This document shows positions 47,965 through 57,119 of a stretch of DNA of 64,000 bases, piece after piece. A model generated the notes under the pieces. The model ran no database searches, was not told the origin of the DNA, and saw only the letters and a list, made by a program, of their open reading frames with translations. Every line of letters begins with the position of its first letter. Positions within the stretch are counted from its first letter, which is position 1. The stretch covers positions 74,941 to 138,940 of the forward strand of contig JBFIHA010000001.1 of the NCBI GenBank assembly GCA_041602035.1, given 5' to 3'. Made by a program: the position numbers and the translations under genes. The stretch comes from Gemmatimonadales bacterium (GTDB lineage: Bacteria > Gemmatimonadota > Gemmatimonadetes > Gemmatimonadales > GWC2-71-9).

Positions 47965-48022
47965 TCGGGGCACGCCCCTTGCAGTCTAGGCTCGAGGACG
48001 ACCCCATGGGCGGCTCGGGGCG

Positions 48023-48403
48023 ATGGCACACATTCTGGTGGTGGACGACGATCCGCAGTTGCGTACGATGCTCGAGCGCGTGCTCGTGCAACTGGGTCAT
48101 GACGTCACACAGGCCGAAGACGGTCTGGCCGCGCTGAACACCGTCGGCACGCGTCCGTTTGCAATCGCGTTCGTCGATCTGTTCATGCCGGTCATCGACG
48201 GCCTGGAAGTGATCCCCAAGCTGCTGTTTCAATCCCCGAAGACGAAGATCGTCGCCATGTCAGGTGGGGTGTACGGCGGGAAAGCCGTGAGCCTGCTGAG
48301 CGTGGCGGAACGGCTCGGCGCCGCGCGGACGCTGGCGAAGCCCTTCGGGATCGACGACGTCGAGCAGGTCCTCGGGGAACTGCTGAACGGGAACGCCGCC
48401 TAG
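48023..48403 (+). CDS. single-domain CheY-like response regulator
   Basis: ILVVDDD, VDLFMPVIDG and IVAMSG receiver motifs. No output domain. Confidence 0.9.
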   Translation: MAHILVVDDDPQLRTMLERVLVQLGHDVTQAEDGLAALNTVGTRPFAIAFVDLFMPVIDGLEVIPKLLFQSPKTKIVAMSGGVYGGKAVSLLSVAERLGAARTLAKPFGIDDVEQVLGELLNGNAA

Positions 48404-48503
48404 CGCGCATCGCTGGCTGCCGTCACCCGGCACCGCCCGGTACCTTTAGCGCGACCGTGCCCTCGGAGTCGCGCGTCTGAAGCTCTCGCAGCGTTCCATC
48501 TTC

Positions 48504-49787
48504 GTGTTCTGGGTCCCGCTGGCTGCCACTTGGCTCATGATGGCGGCGGAGGGGCCATTCCTCGCGGCGATCATCGCCCGCTTAGTGGATCCCACCTTCA
48601 ACCTCGCGGCTCATGGTGTCGCGTACGCCTTCGCGCTGCTGGTCGAGGCGCCCGTCATCATGATCATGAGTGCCTCCACCGCGTTGGCGGAAGACGCACA
48701 CAGCTTTCGGCGTCTCCGCGCGTTCACCTATGTGCTCAACGCCGCCGTGACGGTGGCCATGCTGACGCTGCTCGTCCCGCCGGTGTTCCGCATCGTCATG
48801 CTGGACCTGATCGCGATTCCCGGCGACGTGGCGGACCTCACGTATGTGGCGCTCTGGCTGCTTCTGCCCTGGCCTGGGGCGATCGGCTACCGCCGGTTCT
48901 ATCAGGGGCTCCTGATCCGCGGCGGGCGCACCCGTCTCGTCGCCTATGGCACTGTGCTCCGACTCACGACCATGGCGACCACGGCGCTCATGCTCTACGT
49001 GACGATCGCGCCCCCGGGAGCGTGGGTCGGGGCCGCGGCCCTGGCCGCCGGCGTGTCGGCAGAGGCCGTCGCCAGCCGGATCATGGCGCGCGCCACCGTG
49101 CGCGAGCTCCTGGGGAGCGACAGTGAAGCCGGAAGAGCGCTGAGCTACGGCAAGATTGCTCGGTTCTACTACCCCCTCGCGCTCACGTCGCTCATCGGAC
49201 TGGCGGTGCAGCCGATGGTCACGTTCTTCATGGGGCGGGCGCCGGCGCCACTCGAGTCGCTCGCCGTGTTTCCCGTCGTGGTGGCGCTGTCGTTCATCTT
49301 CCGGGCGATGGGCTTGAGCTTCCAGGAGGTGGCGATTGCCCTGATGGGGAACCGCTACGAGCACGTGCGCGCGCTGTGGCGGTTCGCGCTCTCGCTCGGG
49401 ATCGCGGCGTCGGTGGTGCTCGCGCTGGTGGCCCTGACCCCGCTCTCACGCTTCTGGTACGAGACCGTGTCCGGTCTCGCGCCCGAGTTGGCGCGGTTTG
49501 CGATCCTGCCCACGATCATCATCATTCCCATTCCCCTGCTGTCGGTCATCCTCTCGTTCCAGCGCGCCATCCTGATGGTGGGACACACCACGCGGCCGGT
49601 CACGTGGGCGACCGCAATCGAAGTCGGCGGCATCGCGGTGCTGTTTCCGCTGTTGGGGTGGAAGCTCGGTGTGGTGGGCGTCACCGCAGCGACGATCGCG
49701 TTCGTGGTGGGGCGGATGGCAGGAAACGTGTACTTGGCGAGGCCGTGTGTGAGGGAGGTCAGATTGGGGGAGGGAGAGACGGGATAG
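48504..49787 (+). CDS. polytopic membrane protein, MOP/MATE-flippase-like
   Basis: About 12 TM segments with a two-fold repeat pattern. The family assignment is tentative. GTG start. Confidence 0.75.
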   Translation: MFWVPLAATWLMMAAEGPFLAAIIARLVDPTFNLAAHGVAYAFALLVEAPVIMIMSASTALAEDAHSFRRLRAFTYVLNAAVTVAMLTLLVPPVFRIVMLDLIAIPGDVADLTYVALWLLLPWPGAIGYRRFYQGLLIRGGRTRLVAYGTVLRLTTMATTALMLYVTIAPPGAWVGAAALAAGVSAEAVASRIMARATVRELLGSDSEAGRALSYGKIARFYYPLALTSLIGLAVQPMVTFFMGRAPAPLESLAVFPVVVALSFIFRAMGLSFQEVAIALMGNRYEHVRALWRFALSLGIAASVVLALVALTPLSRFWYETVSGLAPELARFAILPTIIIIPIPLLSVILSFQRAILMVGHTTRPVTWATAIEVGGIAVLFPLLGWKLGVVGVTAATIAFVVGRMAGNVYLARPCVREVRLGEGETG

Positions 49788-49902
49788 GGGGACCGGGAAG
49801 TGGGGAGCGTTGGGCGTTCGTGGTCGGGGGCGTCTTGCGCGGCGGACCGGCGCTCACAATGTTTGCGCGTTCCCCTCACGTCCTCTCTGGAGGTGCATCC
49901 GT

Positions 49903-50472
49903 ATGGCCGCCCAAATGGTTCTCCGCGCCGCGTGTGCGGCGGCAGTCATCGCCGTTGGTCTGCCCGCCGTGGCCAAGGCCCAGCTGGCCCAGCCTGCGTT
50001 CGATCAGTCGTCTGTGTTCATGGTGGCGTTGGGGGAGTCGGCGCCGGACGCCACGGCCGTCGTGCAACAGCGTGGTGAGAAGAGCCCCTGGCTGGCCGGC
50101 ATTCTCAGTTTCTTCCTGCCATACGGCACGGGGTCCTTCTACGCCGGCCACAACGGGCACGGCATCCGGCATCTCGTGATCGGGGGGGTCACCGCCATCG
50201 GCATGGGCGTGAGCCTGCTGGAGGCATGCATCGACGGCTTCTCCGTGTGCGACAAAGACGGCACCGCGTACGCTGTTGGGGGGGTGTTCGCGCTCGGGTG
50301 GGTGGCGAACTGGGTATGGGGCACGATCACGGCGGTGAGTGATGCCAACGCGTACAACCGGGGCTCGACTGGCGCGAGTCTCCAGCCGGGGCTTCTGGTG
50401 CTCGTGCCGGCGCCCGGCGCCGTGGGGGTATCGCCGGCCGTGGGTCTGCAGATCGGTCGGGTGACGTTCTAG
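49903..50472 (+). CDS. hypothetical membrane protein (TM2-like central segment)
   Basis: ATG preceded by GGAGGTG. Signal peptide ending AKAQ. Two hydrophobic helices (LAGILSFFLPYG, LVIGGVTAIGMG). Confidence 0.6.
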   Translation: MAAQMVLRAACAAAVIAVGLPAVAKAQLAQPAFDQSSVFMVALGESAPDATAVVQQRGEKSPWLAGILSFFLPYGTGSFYAGHNGHGIRHLVIGGVTAIGMGVSLLEACIDGFSVCDKDGTAYAVGGVFALGWVANWVWGTITAVSDANAYNRGSTGASLQPGLLVLVPAPGAVGVSPAVGLQIGRVTF

Positions 50473-50596
50473 TACGAGTCGACAACGCAGTCCGTCCTGG
50501 GGCCCCGTGCTGCTCGTGCGCGGGGCTCCTGGCGTTGAAGCCCGACGTGGTGTCGGAGTTGACACGGGCCGTGCATGCGTCCCCTTTGAGAACGTG

Positions 50597-51196
50597 ATGC
50601 TTCCCCTGCTCGTGGCCTGTTGTCTCACCAATCTCGCCGACGTGCAGCCCGGTCCGGGGCTTCCCGACGGTTGGGACCTCCGGCGGGCGCGCGGCCGTCC
50701 AGCTCCGGTGTACGCCGTGACGGACGAGGCCGCCCTCCACGTCGAAGGGGCTGGCGCGGTCGGCTACGCGGTGTTCGAGCTGCCCGAACGACTGCCTCCG
50801 GCAACCGGCGTACTCACGTGGCGCTGGCGGACGGCCACGGCGCTTCCCGGTGCCGACCTTCGGGATCGACGGCGCGACGACAGCCCCGTACGTGTGCTCG
50901 TCGTGTTCCGCGACCGCCGCACGCTGTTCTACACGTGGGCCGGCGCCGAACGCGTGGACGAATGGTTTGCGAGCTGGACCGGGTCGTCCCGGATCGTGTG
51001 GGTGCTGCGCACCGCGAACGACGCGGACGGCACCTGGCATGCCGAACGGCGTGATCCGTTTGCGGACTATCGAACGGCGTTCGGTCGCGACCCGCCCGCC
51101 GTCGTTGCCGTGGGAATCGTGCAGGACACGGACAATCTCGGACACCCGGCGTCGGCCGAAGTCGCCGACCTGGCGTGGACGCCTGAGCCCCGCTGA
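50597..51196 (+). CDS. DUF3047 domain protein
   Basis: LTWRWR, DDSPVRV and YTW motifs, matched from my memory of this family. Confidence 0.8.
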   Translation: MLPLLVACCLTNLADVQPGPGLPDGWDLRRARGRPAPVYAVTDEAALHVEGAGAVGYAVFELPERLPPATGVLTWRWRTATALPGADLRDRRRDDSPVRVLVVFRDRRTLFYTWAGAERVDEWFASWTGSSRIVWVLRTANDADGTWHAERRDPFADYRTAFGRDPPAVVAVGIVQDTDNLGHPASAEVADLAWTPEPR

Positions 51197-51274
51197 GCCG
51201 ACCTTCCGCCTCGCGGGCCATCGGCGCATCATACGCCTCGCTCCGATCCGCCCTCCAACGTGGGGAGTACCGCA

Positions 51275-52567
51275 ATGATCTCTCGCCGCAGCTTCGTCGG
51301 TGCCTCCGCGGCCACGCTCGTCGGAGCGTCCGCCGCGCCCGCGATCGTCGAGCCGCAGACTCCGCAAGGCACGGACGACCTCCCGCCATCGATCCTGGCG
51401 CTCACGTCGATGAAGGACGAGGCCACCCCGATCACCGTCGACGAGCGGCGGCAGCGGATCGAGAAGGCGCGCCGGCTCATGCGTGCCAACCAGCTCGATG
51501 CCATGCTGCTGATCGGCGGCACGTCGCTCGTCTACTACGCCAACATCTCCTGGTGGAACAGCGAGCGGCTGTTCGCCCTGATCCTCCCGGTCGAAGGACG
51601 GCCCTTCATCGTCACCCCCGCGTTCGAAGAAGACCGCGCGCGGGAGCAGTTGGAGAAGGGTCCGCTCGGGGGCGACGCAGTAGACGTCATGTCGTGGCAG
51701 GAAGACGAAGATCCCTATCGGCTGGTCGCCCACGGCATGCGCGCGTTGGGCTACGGGACGGGGCGACTCGGGGTCGAAGAGACCGTGCGGTTCGTCTTCT
51801 CCCACGGGGTGGCGCAGGCGGCGCCAGCCCTCGGGATCGCGAGCGCGACGCCCGTCACCGCCGGATGCCGCGGCGTCAAGACGGCCCATGAACTCGAGCT
51901 GATGCGCCTGGCATCCACGGTCACGCTCACGGCGTACGAGGCCGCGTGGAAGGCGCTGGAAGACGGGATGACGCAGCAGCGATTTGCCGACCTCGTGTCG
52001 GCGGCGCACGATCGCCTCGGGTTCTCGGGTGGGGCGGGTGTCCAGGTGGGAGAGTACTCCGCGCTGCCCCACGGCTCCTCCACACCACAGGTGATACGCG
52101 AGGGCACGATTCTCCTGATTGACGGCGGCTGCGGCGTGGAGGGCTACCGCTCCGATATCAGCCGGACCTTCGTGCTCGGCCAACCCACCGAGAAGATGAA
52201 GCGCGTGTTCGAAGTGGAGCTTCGAGCGCAGACCGCGGCGCTCCGTGCCGCCGCGCCCGGCGTTCCCTGCGAGGCCGTGGATCGCGCCGCGCGCACGGTC
52301 ATCGAGGAGGCCGGATTCGGCCCCGATTACGCGTACTTCACCCACCGGGTGGGCCACGGGATCGGCATGGACGGCCACGAGTGGCCCTATCTGGTCCGGG
52401 GTAACACGCTGGCACTCGAGCCCGGCATGACCTTCAGTGATGAGCCGGGGATCTACCTCCGCGGCGAGTTCGGCGTGCGCCTGGAAGACGACATGGTGAT
52501 CACCGAAACCGGGGCCGAATTGATGACGCCGCAGAGTCGATCACTCGAGGAGCCGTTTGGGGAGTAA
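51275..52567 (+). CDS. M24 family Xaa-Pro peptidase/creatinase-like, TAT-exported
   Basis: Twin-arginine SRRSFVGA. DGGCGVEGYRSDISRT, HRVGHGIGMDGHE and EPGIY metal-ligand motifs. Confidence 0.92.
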   Translation: MISRRSFVGASAATLVGASAAPAIVEPQTPQGTDDLPPSILALTSMKDEATPITVDERRQRIEKARRLMRANQLDAMLLIGGTSLVYYANISWWNSERLFALILPVEGRPFIVTPAFEEDRAREQLEKGPLGGDAVDVMSWQEDEDPYRLVAHGMRALGYGTGRLGVEETVRFVFSHGVAQAAPALGIASATPVTAGCRGVKTAHELELMRLASTVTLTAYEAAWKALEDGMTQQRFADLVSAAHDRLGFSGGAGVQVGEYSALPHGSSTPQVIREGTILLIDGGCGVEGYRSDISRTFVLGQPTEKMKRVFEVELRAQTAALRAAAPGVPCEAVDRAARTVIEEAGFGPDYAYFTHRVGHGIGMDGHEWPYLVRGNTLALEPGMTFSDEPGIYLRGEFGVRLEDDMVITETGAELMTPQSRSLEEPFGE

Positions 52568-52591
52568 GGGAGCTGGGAAGCGGGAAGCGGG
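52568..52591 (+). repeat. heptamer GGGAAGC micro-repeat (4 GGG tracts) directly after the M24 peptidase stop
   Basis: TAA GGGAGCTGGGAAGCGGGAAGCGGG, read directly. Confidence 0.8.
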
Positions 52592-52631
52592 AATGGTGCA
52601 GCGCACATCGTACAGGATCTCGAAACGCACC

Positions 52632-53168
52632 TTACCCGTCGAACGCGATCGTCAGTGGCGAGTGGTGCTCGGCATTGAGGAAGTGCAGTAGATCGGTGCC
52701 GGTGATGGCGGTCGTCCTGGCGTTGTCCAGCGGGTGCAGGTTCACCGGGTCCTGCCGCAACACGCCGCGGTCGATCGCCACCCGCACCGCGCCGCCCCGA
52801 TCGTTGATGACGGCAAACGGGCTCACCGCCCCTGGGATGACACCAAGGAACGCCATCAGCCGATCGGCGCTGCCGAACGAAAGGCGCTTGGCGCCGAGGC
52901 GATTGGCCAGGTCTTTGAGGTCCACCGGGCGATCCTCGAGGCATACCACGAGCCACATCGCGCCCTTCTTGTCCCGCAGGAACAGGCTCTTGGTGTGAGT
53001 GCCAGGGAGGTCGCCGCGGAGCGCCTTGGCTTCGTCGACGGTGAACACCGGAGGATGGTCCACGGTGGTGACCGCGATCCCCAGTGCCTCGAGCCGGTCG
53101 AGGAGTTGCACCGGCGTCGCGGGTCGGCTGCCGTCAGCCAGCCGGTTCGCCGGCGGATGGTCTGGCAT
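52632..53168 (-). CDS. YbaK/ProX-type aminoacyl-tRNA editing (deacylase) domain protein
   Basis: HTKSLFL, PGAVSPF and VNLHPL motifs. Confidence 0.88.
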   Translation of the reverse strand: MPDHPPANRLADGSRPATPVQLLDRLEALGIAVTTVDHPPVFTVDEAKALRGDLPGTHTKSLFLRDKKGAMWLVVCLEDRPVDLKDLANRLGAKRLSFGSADRLMAFLGVIPGAVSPFAVINDRGGAVRVAIDRGVLRQDPVNLHPLDNARTTAITGTDLLHFLNAEHHSPLTIAFDG

Positions 53169-53171
53169 GGG

Positions 53172-53384
53172 CTAGCGCTCCTCGCGTCCCGTGGGCGCGT
53201 CGCGCCGGGTCCGGAGGCTGCCGAACAGCACGGTCAGCAACCCCAGGAGGATCTCGTCCACGAAGGGCAGCAGGTCCGGGAGCACGAGATCGGCGCCAAA
53301 CAGAACGGCGGTCAGCGCGAGGAGCTTCGGATAGCGGAGCCGTCGCGCGTAGCGGCGGACCAGGCCGAACACCGGACCCGGCAT
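53172..53384 (-). CDS. small membrane protein (DUF6116-like, tentative)
   Basis: LRYPKLLALTAVLFGADLVLPDLLPFVDEILLGLLT has a single-helix architecture. The start is uncertain (53384 or 53435). Confidence 0.5.
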   Translation of the reverse strand: MPGPVFGLVRRYARRLRYPKLLALTAVLFGADLVLPDLLPFVDEILLGLLTVLFGSLRTRRDAPTGREER

Positions 53385-53489
53385 GGGGTCTCCTGGGTGC
53401 GTGATGCCTGAACTTACGGCGAGCGTCGGCGGCATGCGCGAATCCAGTCCGAGGTAGCTCGTCGTGTGCCGCGACCTATCTTAGAGGCC

Positions 53490-55958
53490 ATGTCGAAGCA
53501 AGTCGAGCGCCTTCGTGTTGCCCTGGAAGGCCGGTACGCCATCGAGTCCGAGATCGGTGCGGGTGGCATGGCCACGGTCTACCTGGCCGACGATCGGAAG
53601 CACCACCGGAAGGTCGCCGTAAAGGTGCTGCGGCCGGAGCTGGGAGCGACGATCGGTCCCGAGCGCTTCCTGCGGGAGATCCAGATCGCGGCCGGCTTGG
53701 ACCATCCGCACATCCTCCCCCTGTACGACTCGGGGGAAGCTGACGGATTCCTGTTCTTCGTGATGCCGCTGGTCGAGGGCGAATCCCTCCGCGACCGGCT
53801 CGATCGCGAGCGGCAGCTCCCCATCGACGACGCGGTTCAGATCGCGGAAGAAGTGGCGGACGCCCTCGCCTACGCGCACTCGCGCGGGGTCGTGCACCGC
53901 GACATCAAGCCGGAAAACATCATGCTTTCCGGCGGACACGCCAGGGTCTCGGACTTCGGCGTGGCGCGGGCGCTGTACGCGGCCGGCGACGACCGCATCA
54001 CCGAGACGGGATTCGCCGTCGGCACCCCAGCGTACATGAGCCCTGAGCAGGCGACCGGTGGCGAGACCATCGACAGCCGCGCCGACATCTACAGCCTGGG
54101 CTGCGTGGTCTACGAGATGTTGGGAGGCGAGCCGCCGTTCTCCGGGGCAACACCCCACGCGGTGTTGGCCCGCCACGCCATTGACCCCGTACCGTCCCTG
54201 GCCACCGTGCGAACCACGATTCCCGCCCCGGTGCGGCTCGCGGTCGAGCGGGCGCTCGCCAAGGTCCCAGCTGACCGCTTTCCGACGGCGTCGGGGTTCG
54301 CGGCCGCGCTGCGCGCGCGCCAAACGGCCAAGACACCGTTCAGGGTGAAGCGGCGGTGGATCACCGTGCCGGCGTTGGTCGGGCTGGCGGGGATCGTGGC
54401 CTGGCTCGCCTGGCGGTTCGCACCGGTGAGCAGTCCGGAGGCGACGAGCACCGGTTTCTCCCCGACACGCATCGCCGTGCTCTACTTCGACGATCACAGT
54501 GAGGGCGGTCAGCTGGGTCATGTGGCGGCTGGGCTCACGGAAGGTTTGATCCACGAGCTGGCGCAGATCGACGCGCTGGAAGTGGTGTCACGCAATGGGG
54601 TGAAGCCGTTTCGGGCCGCGTCGGTCCCGATCGACAGCATCGTCAGGGCGCTCGAGGTCGGCACGATCGTCGAAGGGAGCGTGGCAAAGTCTGGCGAGCG
54701 ACTGCGTGTCACCGTGCAACTGGTAGACGCCGCCACCGACACCCATCTCGAGAGCCGCGTGCTCGAGGAACCGATCACCGATCTGTTCGCGCTGCAGGAT
54801 CGGCTGACGTCCACCGTCTCCGAGTTCCTGCGCACGCGCATTGGGCGGGAAATCCGGTTCCGGGCGCGTCGCGCGGGCACGGGGAACGTCGAGGCGTGGG
54901 AACTCGTCGAACTGGCCGACCAGCGGCAGGACGAAGCGCGCCGGTTGAGCGATGCCGGAGACTCGACCGCGGCCGTGTCGGTGCTAGTGGCGGCCGACTC
55001 GCTGCTCGCCCGAGCGGAAGCGCTCGACGCCCGATGGGTGGAGCCGATCGTTCAGCGCGGATGGGTCGCCGAGGCGCGGGCCGACCTATGGCAGCCGGTG
55101 CCGGGTGCCGCCGACACGGTGTGGATTGCCATCGGCGTCGCGCACGCCAACCGGGCGCTCAGGGTCGCGCCGGACGATCCCCGTGCGCTGGAGTTGCGGG
55201 GTTCGCTCATGAGCGAGCTCGCGCAAGGTCGCGCCGCCGTGAACGCCGCGTCGCTCCGGCACCAGGCCGAAGCCGATCTTCGTGCGGCCGTGGCACGTGA
55301 CCCGGGCCGGGCCACTGCCTGGGCCGCGTTGAGCGGGTTGCTGAGGGTCGAGGGACGGTTTGCCGAGGCGAAAGAAGCGGCCGAGCGAGCGCTGGAAAAG
55401 GACGCATTCCTGGCCGACGCCAGCAGCATCACGTTCAACTTGTATCAGACCTCGCTCGATCTCGATCAGGTGACCGAGGCCGCCCGCTGGTGTGAGATCG
55501 GGCAACGCCGGTTCGCCGGTCGCTCGTGGACGGCGGCCTGCGGATTGTTCTTGGGTGCCTTGGGAGAGGGGCCGAGGCTAGCTCCGGACAGCGCCCAGGG
55601 CCTGTATGACCTCCTGCTCCAATGGAGCACGCCCGCCGAGCGGACGACGAACGAGGTGGTGGGCCACCTGTGGATGGCGGCGGTGATGGCGAGAGAAGCG
55701 GATCGCGACAGCGCGGAGGCGCTCATCCGCACGGCACGATCGGAATCGTCGGCGGCGTTGCTCCCGTGGGTCAGCTATCTCGAGGCCAATGTCCGGTTGC
55801 TCCTGGGTGATCGCGATGCCGCGCTCGCGCAGCTCTCCGCCTTCCTCGAGGCCTTTCCGCAGCGCAAGAGCTACATCGCCTCGGACTGGATGTTCCGACC
55901 GTTGTGGAGCGACCCACGGTATCAGGCGCTGGTCGATACCGTCGGCCAGGGTCCGTAA
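53490..55958 (+). CDS. Ser/Thr protein kinase with TM helix and large C-terminal TPR-like sensor region
   Basis: GAGGMATVY, VAVK, HRDIKPEN, DFG and SPEQ kinase subdomains. Confidence 0.93.
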   Translation: MSKQVERLRVALEGRYAIESEIGAGGMATVYLADDRKHHRKVAVKVLRPELGATIGPERFLREIQIAAGLDHPHILPLYDSGEADGFLFFVMPLVEGESLRDRLDRERQLPIDDAVQIAEEVADALAYAHSRGVVHRDIKPENIMLSGGHARVSDFGVARALYAAGDDRITETGFAVGTPAYMSPEQATGGETIDSRADIYSLGCVVYEMLGGEPPFSGATPHAVLARHAIDPVPSLATVRTTIPAPVRLAVERALAKVPADRFPTASGFAAALRARQTAKTPFRVKRRWITVPALVGLAGIVAWLAWRFAPVSSPEATSTGFSPTRIAVLYFDDHSEGGQLGHVAAGLTEGLIHELAQIDALEVVSRNGVKPFRAASVPIDSIVRALEVGTIVEGSVAKSGERLRVTVQLVDAATDTHLESRVLEEPITDLFALQDRLTSTVSEFLRTRIGREIRFRARRAGTGNVEAWELVELADQRQDEARRLSDAGDSTAAVSVLVAADSLLARAEALDARWVEPIVQRGWVAEARADLWQPVPGAADTVWIAIGVAHANRALRVAPDDPRALELRGSLMSELAQGRAAVNAASLRHQAEADLRAAVARDPGRATAWAALSGLLRVEGRFAEAKEAAERALEKDAFLADASSITFNLYQTSLDLDQVTEAARWCEIGQRRFAGRSWTAACGLFLGALGEGPRLAPDSAQGLYDLLLQWSTPAERTTNEVVGHLWMAAVMAREADRDSAEALIRTARSESSAALLPWVSYLEANVRLLLGDRDAALAQLSAFLEAFPQRKSYIASDWMFRPLWSDPRYQALVDTVGQGP

Positions 55959-55963
55959 GCCCC

Positions 55964-56329
55964 TCAGTTCTGCCACACGCCGAATCCCAGGGCACGAAGG
56001 TGCTCGGCAAGTCGCTTCTCCCGTCGCACCGCCTCCCCGAACGTCATGGGATTGTACCGCTCGTAGAGATGCGGCAGCAGCCGCTCTCCGTACCGTTCGA
56101 CGTACTTCCCGGATTTGTAGCCCCGCTTGTGCTGGTGAAACCGCTCCTCCGGCGTGAGACCAGTCATCCCGACGTACACGCATGCCTTGAGCGGATGGTG
56201 TCCGGGATTGGCGTCACGAAAGGGTTTGTGCGTGACGACGGCGCCGTCGAGCCTGATCACGTAGACGTGATAATGGTCTCGGCCGGTCGCTGCGGCGGCG
56301 GGTGCGCGCCGGCGGGGCTTAGCGCCCAT
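55964..56329 (-). CDS. small GIY-YIG-like nuclease superfamily protein
   Basis: HVYVIRL ... VYVGMTG ... RFHQHKRG ... E. The order of elements is as in GIY-YIG, but the spacing between the first two is long. Confidence 0.6.
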   Translation of the reverse strand: MGAKPRRRAPAAAATGRDHYHVYVIRLDGAVVTHKPFRDANPGHHPLKACVYVGMTGLTPEERFHQHKRGYKSGKYVERYGERLLPHLYERYNPMTFGEAVRREKRLAEHLRALGFGVWQN

Positions 56330-56340
56330 TGGCCGCCGTG

Positions 56341-57108
56341 CTACGGCCGGGCGAACGTCGCGTTCGCCTCCGCCGCCGCGTCCTGGAGGAGTCGGGAAAT
56401 GACCGGGTCCAGTGCAACGACCGGCGTGGCGCTCCCGCGCACGCTCAGCGAGCCGGGCAGCCCGACAGGGGGCCTGCCCGTGAGTTGTTCGAACATCACC
56501 AAGGCGGCGAGGTAGGTCGCCATCCGGCTGGGGTGGAATCCGTCGGGTCCGTACAGCGCCAACGTGGAGTCACGCCGCCACGCGGCACGCCAGGCTTCGC
56601 CGACGGGAAACAACAATCCTCCCGCCGAGTCCGCTGCCATCGCGTACGACTCACTCACGCCGTCGAAATCGAAAGGCCGAGACTGGGATGGCCAGACCAT
56701 GTACAGCGCGACGCGTGCGCCCACGCGGCGGGACTCCTCGCCGTACCGTTGGGCGTACTCGATCAACGAGGGCCGTCCTTCGGTGGCGGACGGTCCCTGT
56801 TGGATGGCGACAACGTCCCATCCACCGCGGGCGATTTGCTGCTGTGCCTCGCCGCGCACCCAGTGGTCGGCGAGGCCAAAATCGGGAAAGGCCACCGCGT
56901 CGATGGTTCGCGGCCCAACCGCCGCCGAGTCCAGGAGTGCTTCCACCATGCCCGGGAGGTCGTTCGTATAGGTCAGGCTATTCCCGACGAACAGCACGTT
57001 GAGGCCAGCGGGGACCGGGCCCGTCGCCGTCGTGAGGCTGCAGCCGAGTGCAGCCGCGACGAGTGGGACCACCCGCCGGACCGCGGTCCGGATCCGCGGC
57101 ATCCCCAT
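56341..57108 (-). CDS. SGNH/GDSL hydrolase-type esterase, lipoprotein
   Basis: FVGNSLT block I with the catalytic Ser. Lipobox LGC. DGFHP block V. Confidence 0.85.
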   Translation of the reverse strand: MGMPRIRTAVRRVVPLVAAALGCSLTTATGPVPAGLNVLFVGNSLTYTNDLPGMVEALLDSAAVGPRTIDAVAFPDFGLADHWVRGEAQQQIARGGWDVVAIQQGPSATEGRPSLIEYAQRYGEESRRVGARVALYMVWPSQSRPFDFDGVSESYAMAADSAGGLLFPVGEAWRAAWRRDSTLALYGPDGFHPSRMATYLAALVMFEQLTGRPPVGLPGSLSVRGSATPVVALDPVISRLLQDAAAEANATFARP

Positions 57109-57119
57109 GGCGAAAGCCG

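Noticed and set aside
50327-52378. 683-aa minus-strand ORF.
   Set aside because: It is antisense to the DUF3047 and M24 peptidase genes, with low-complexity Arg/Gly/Pro-rich translation and no motifs.
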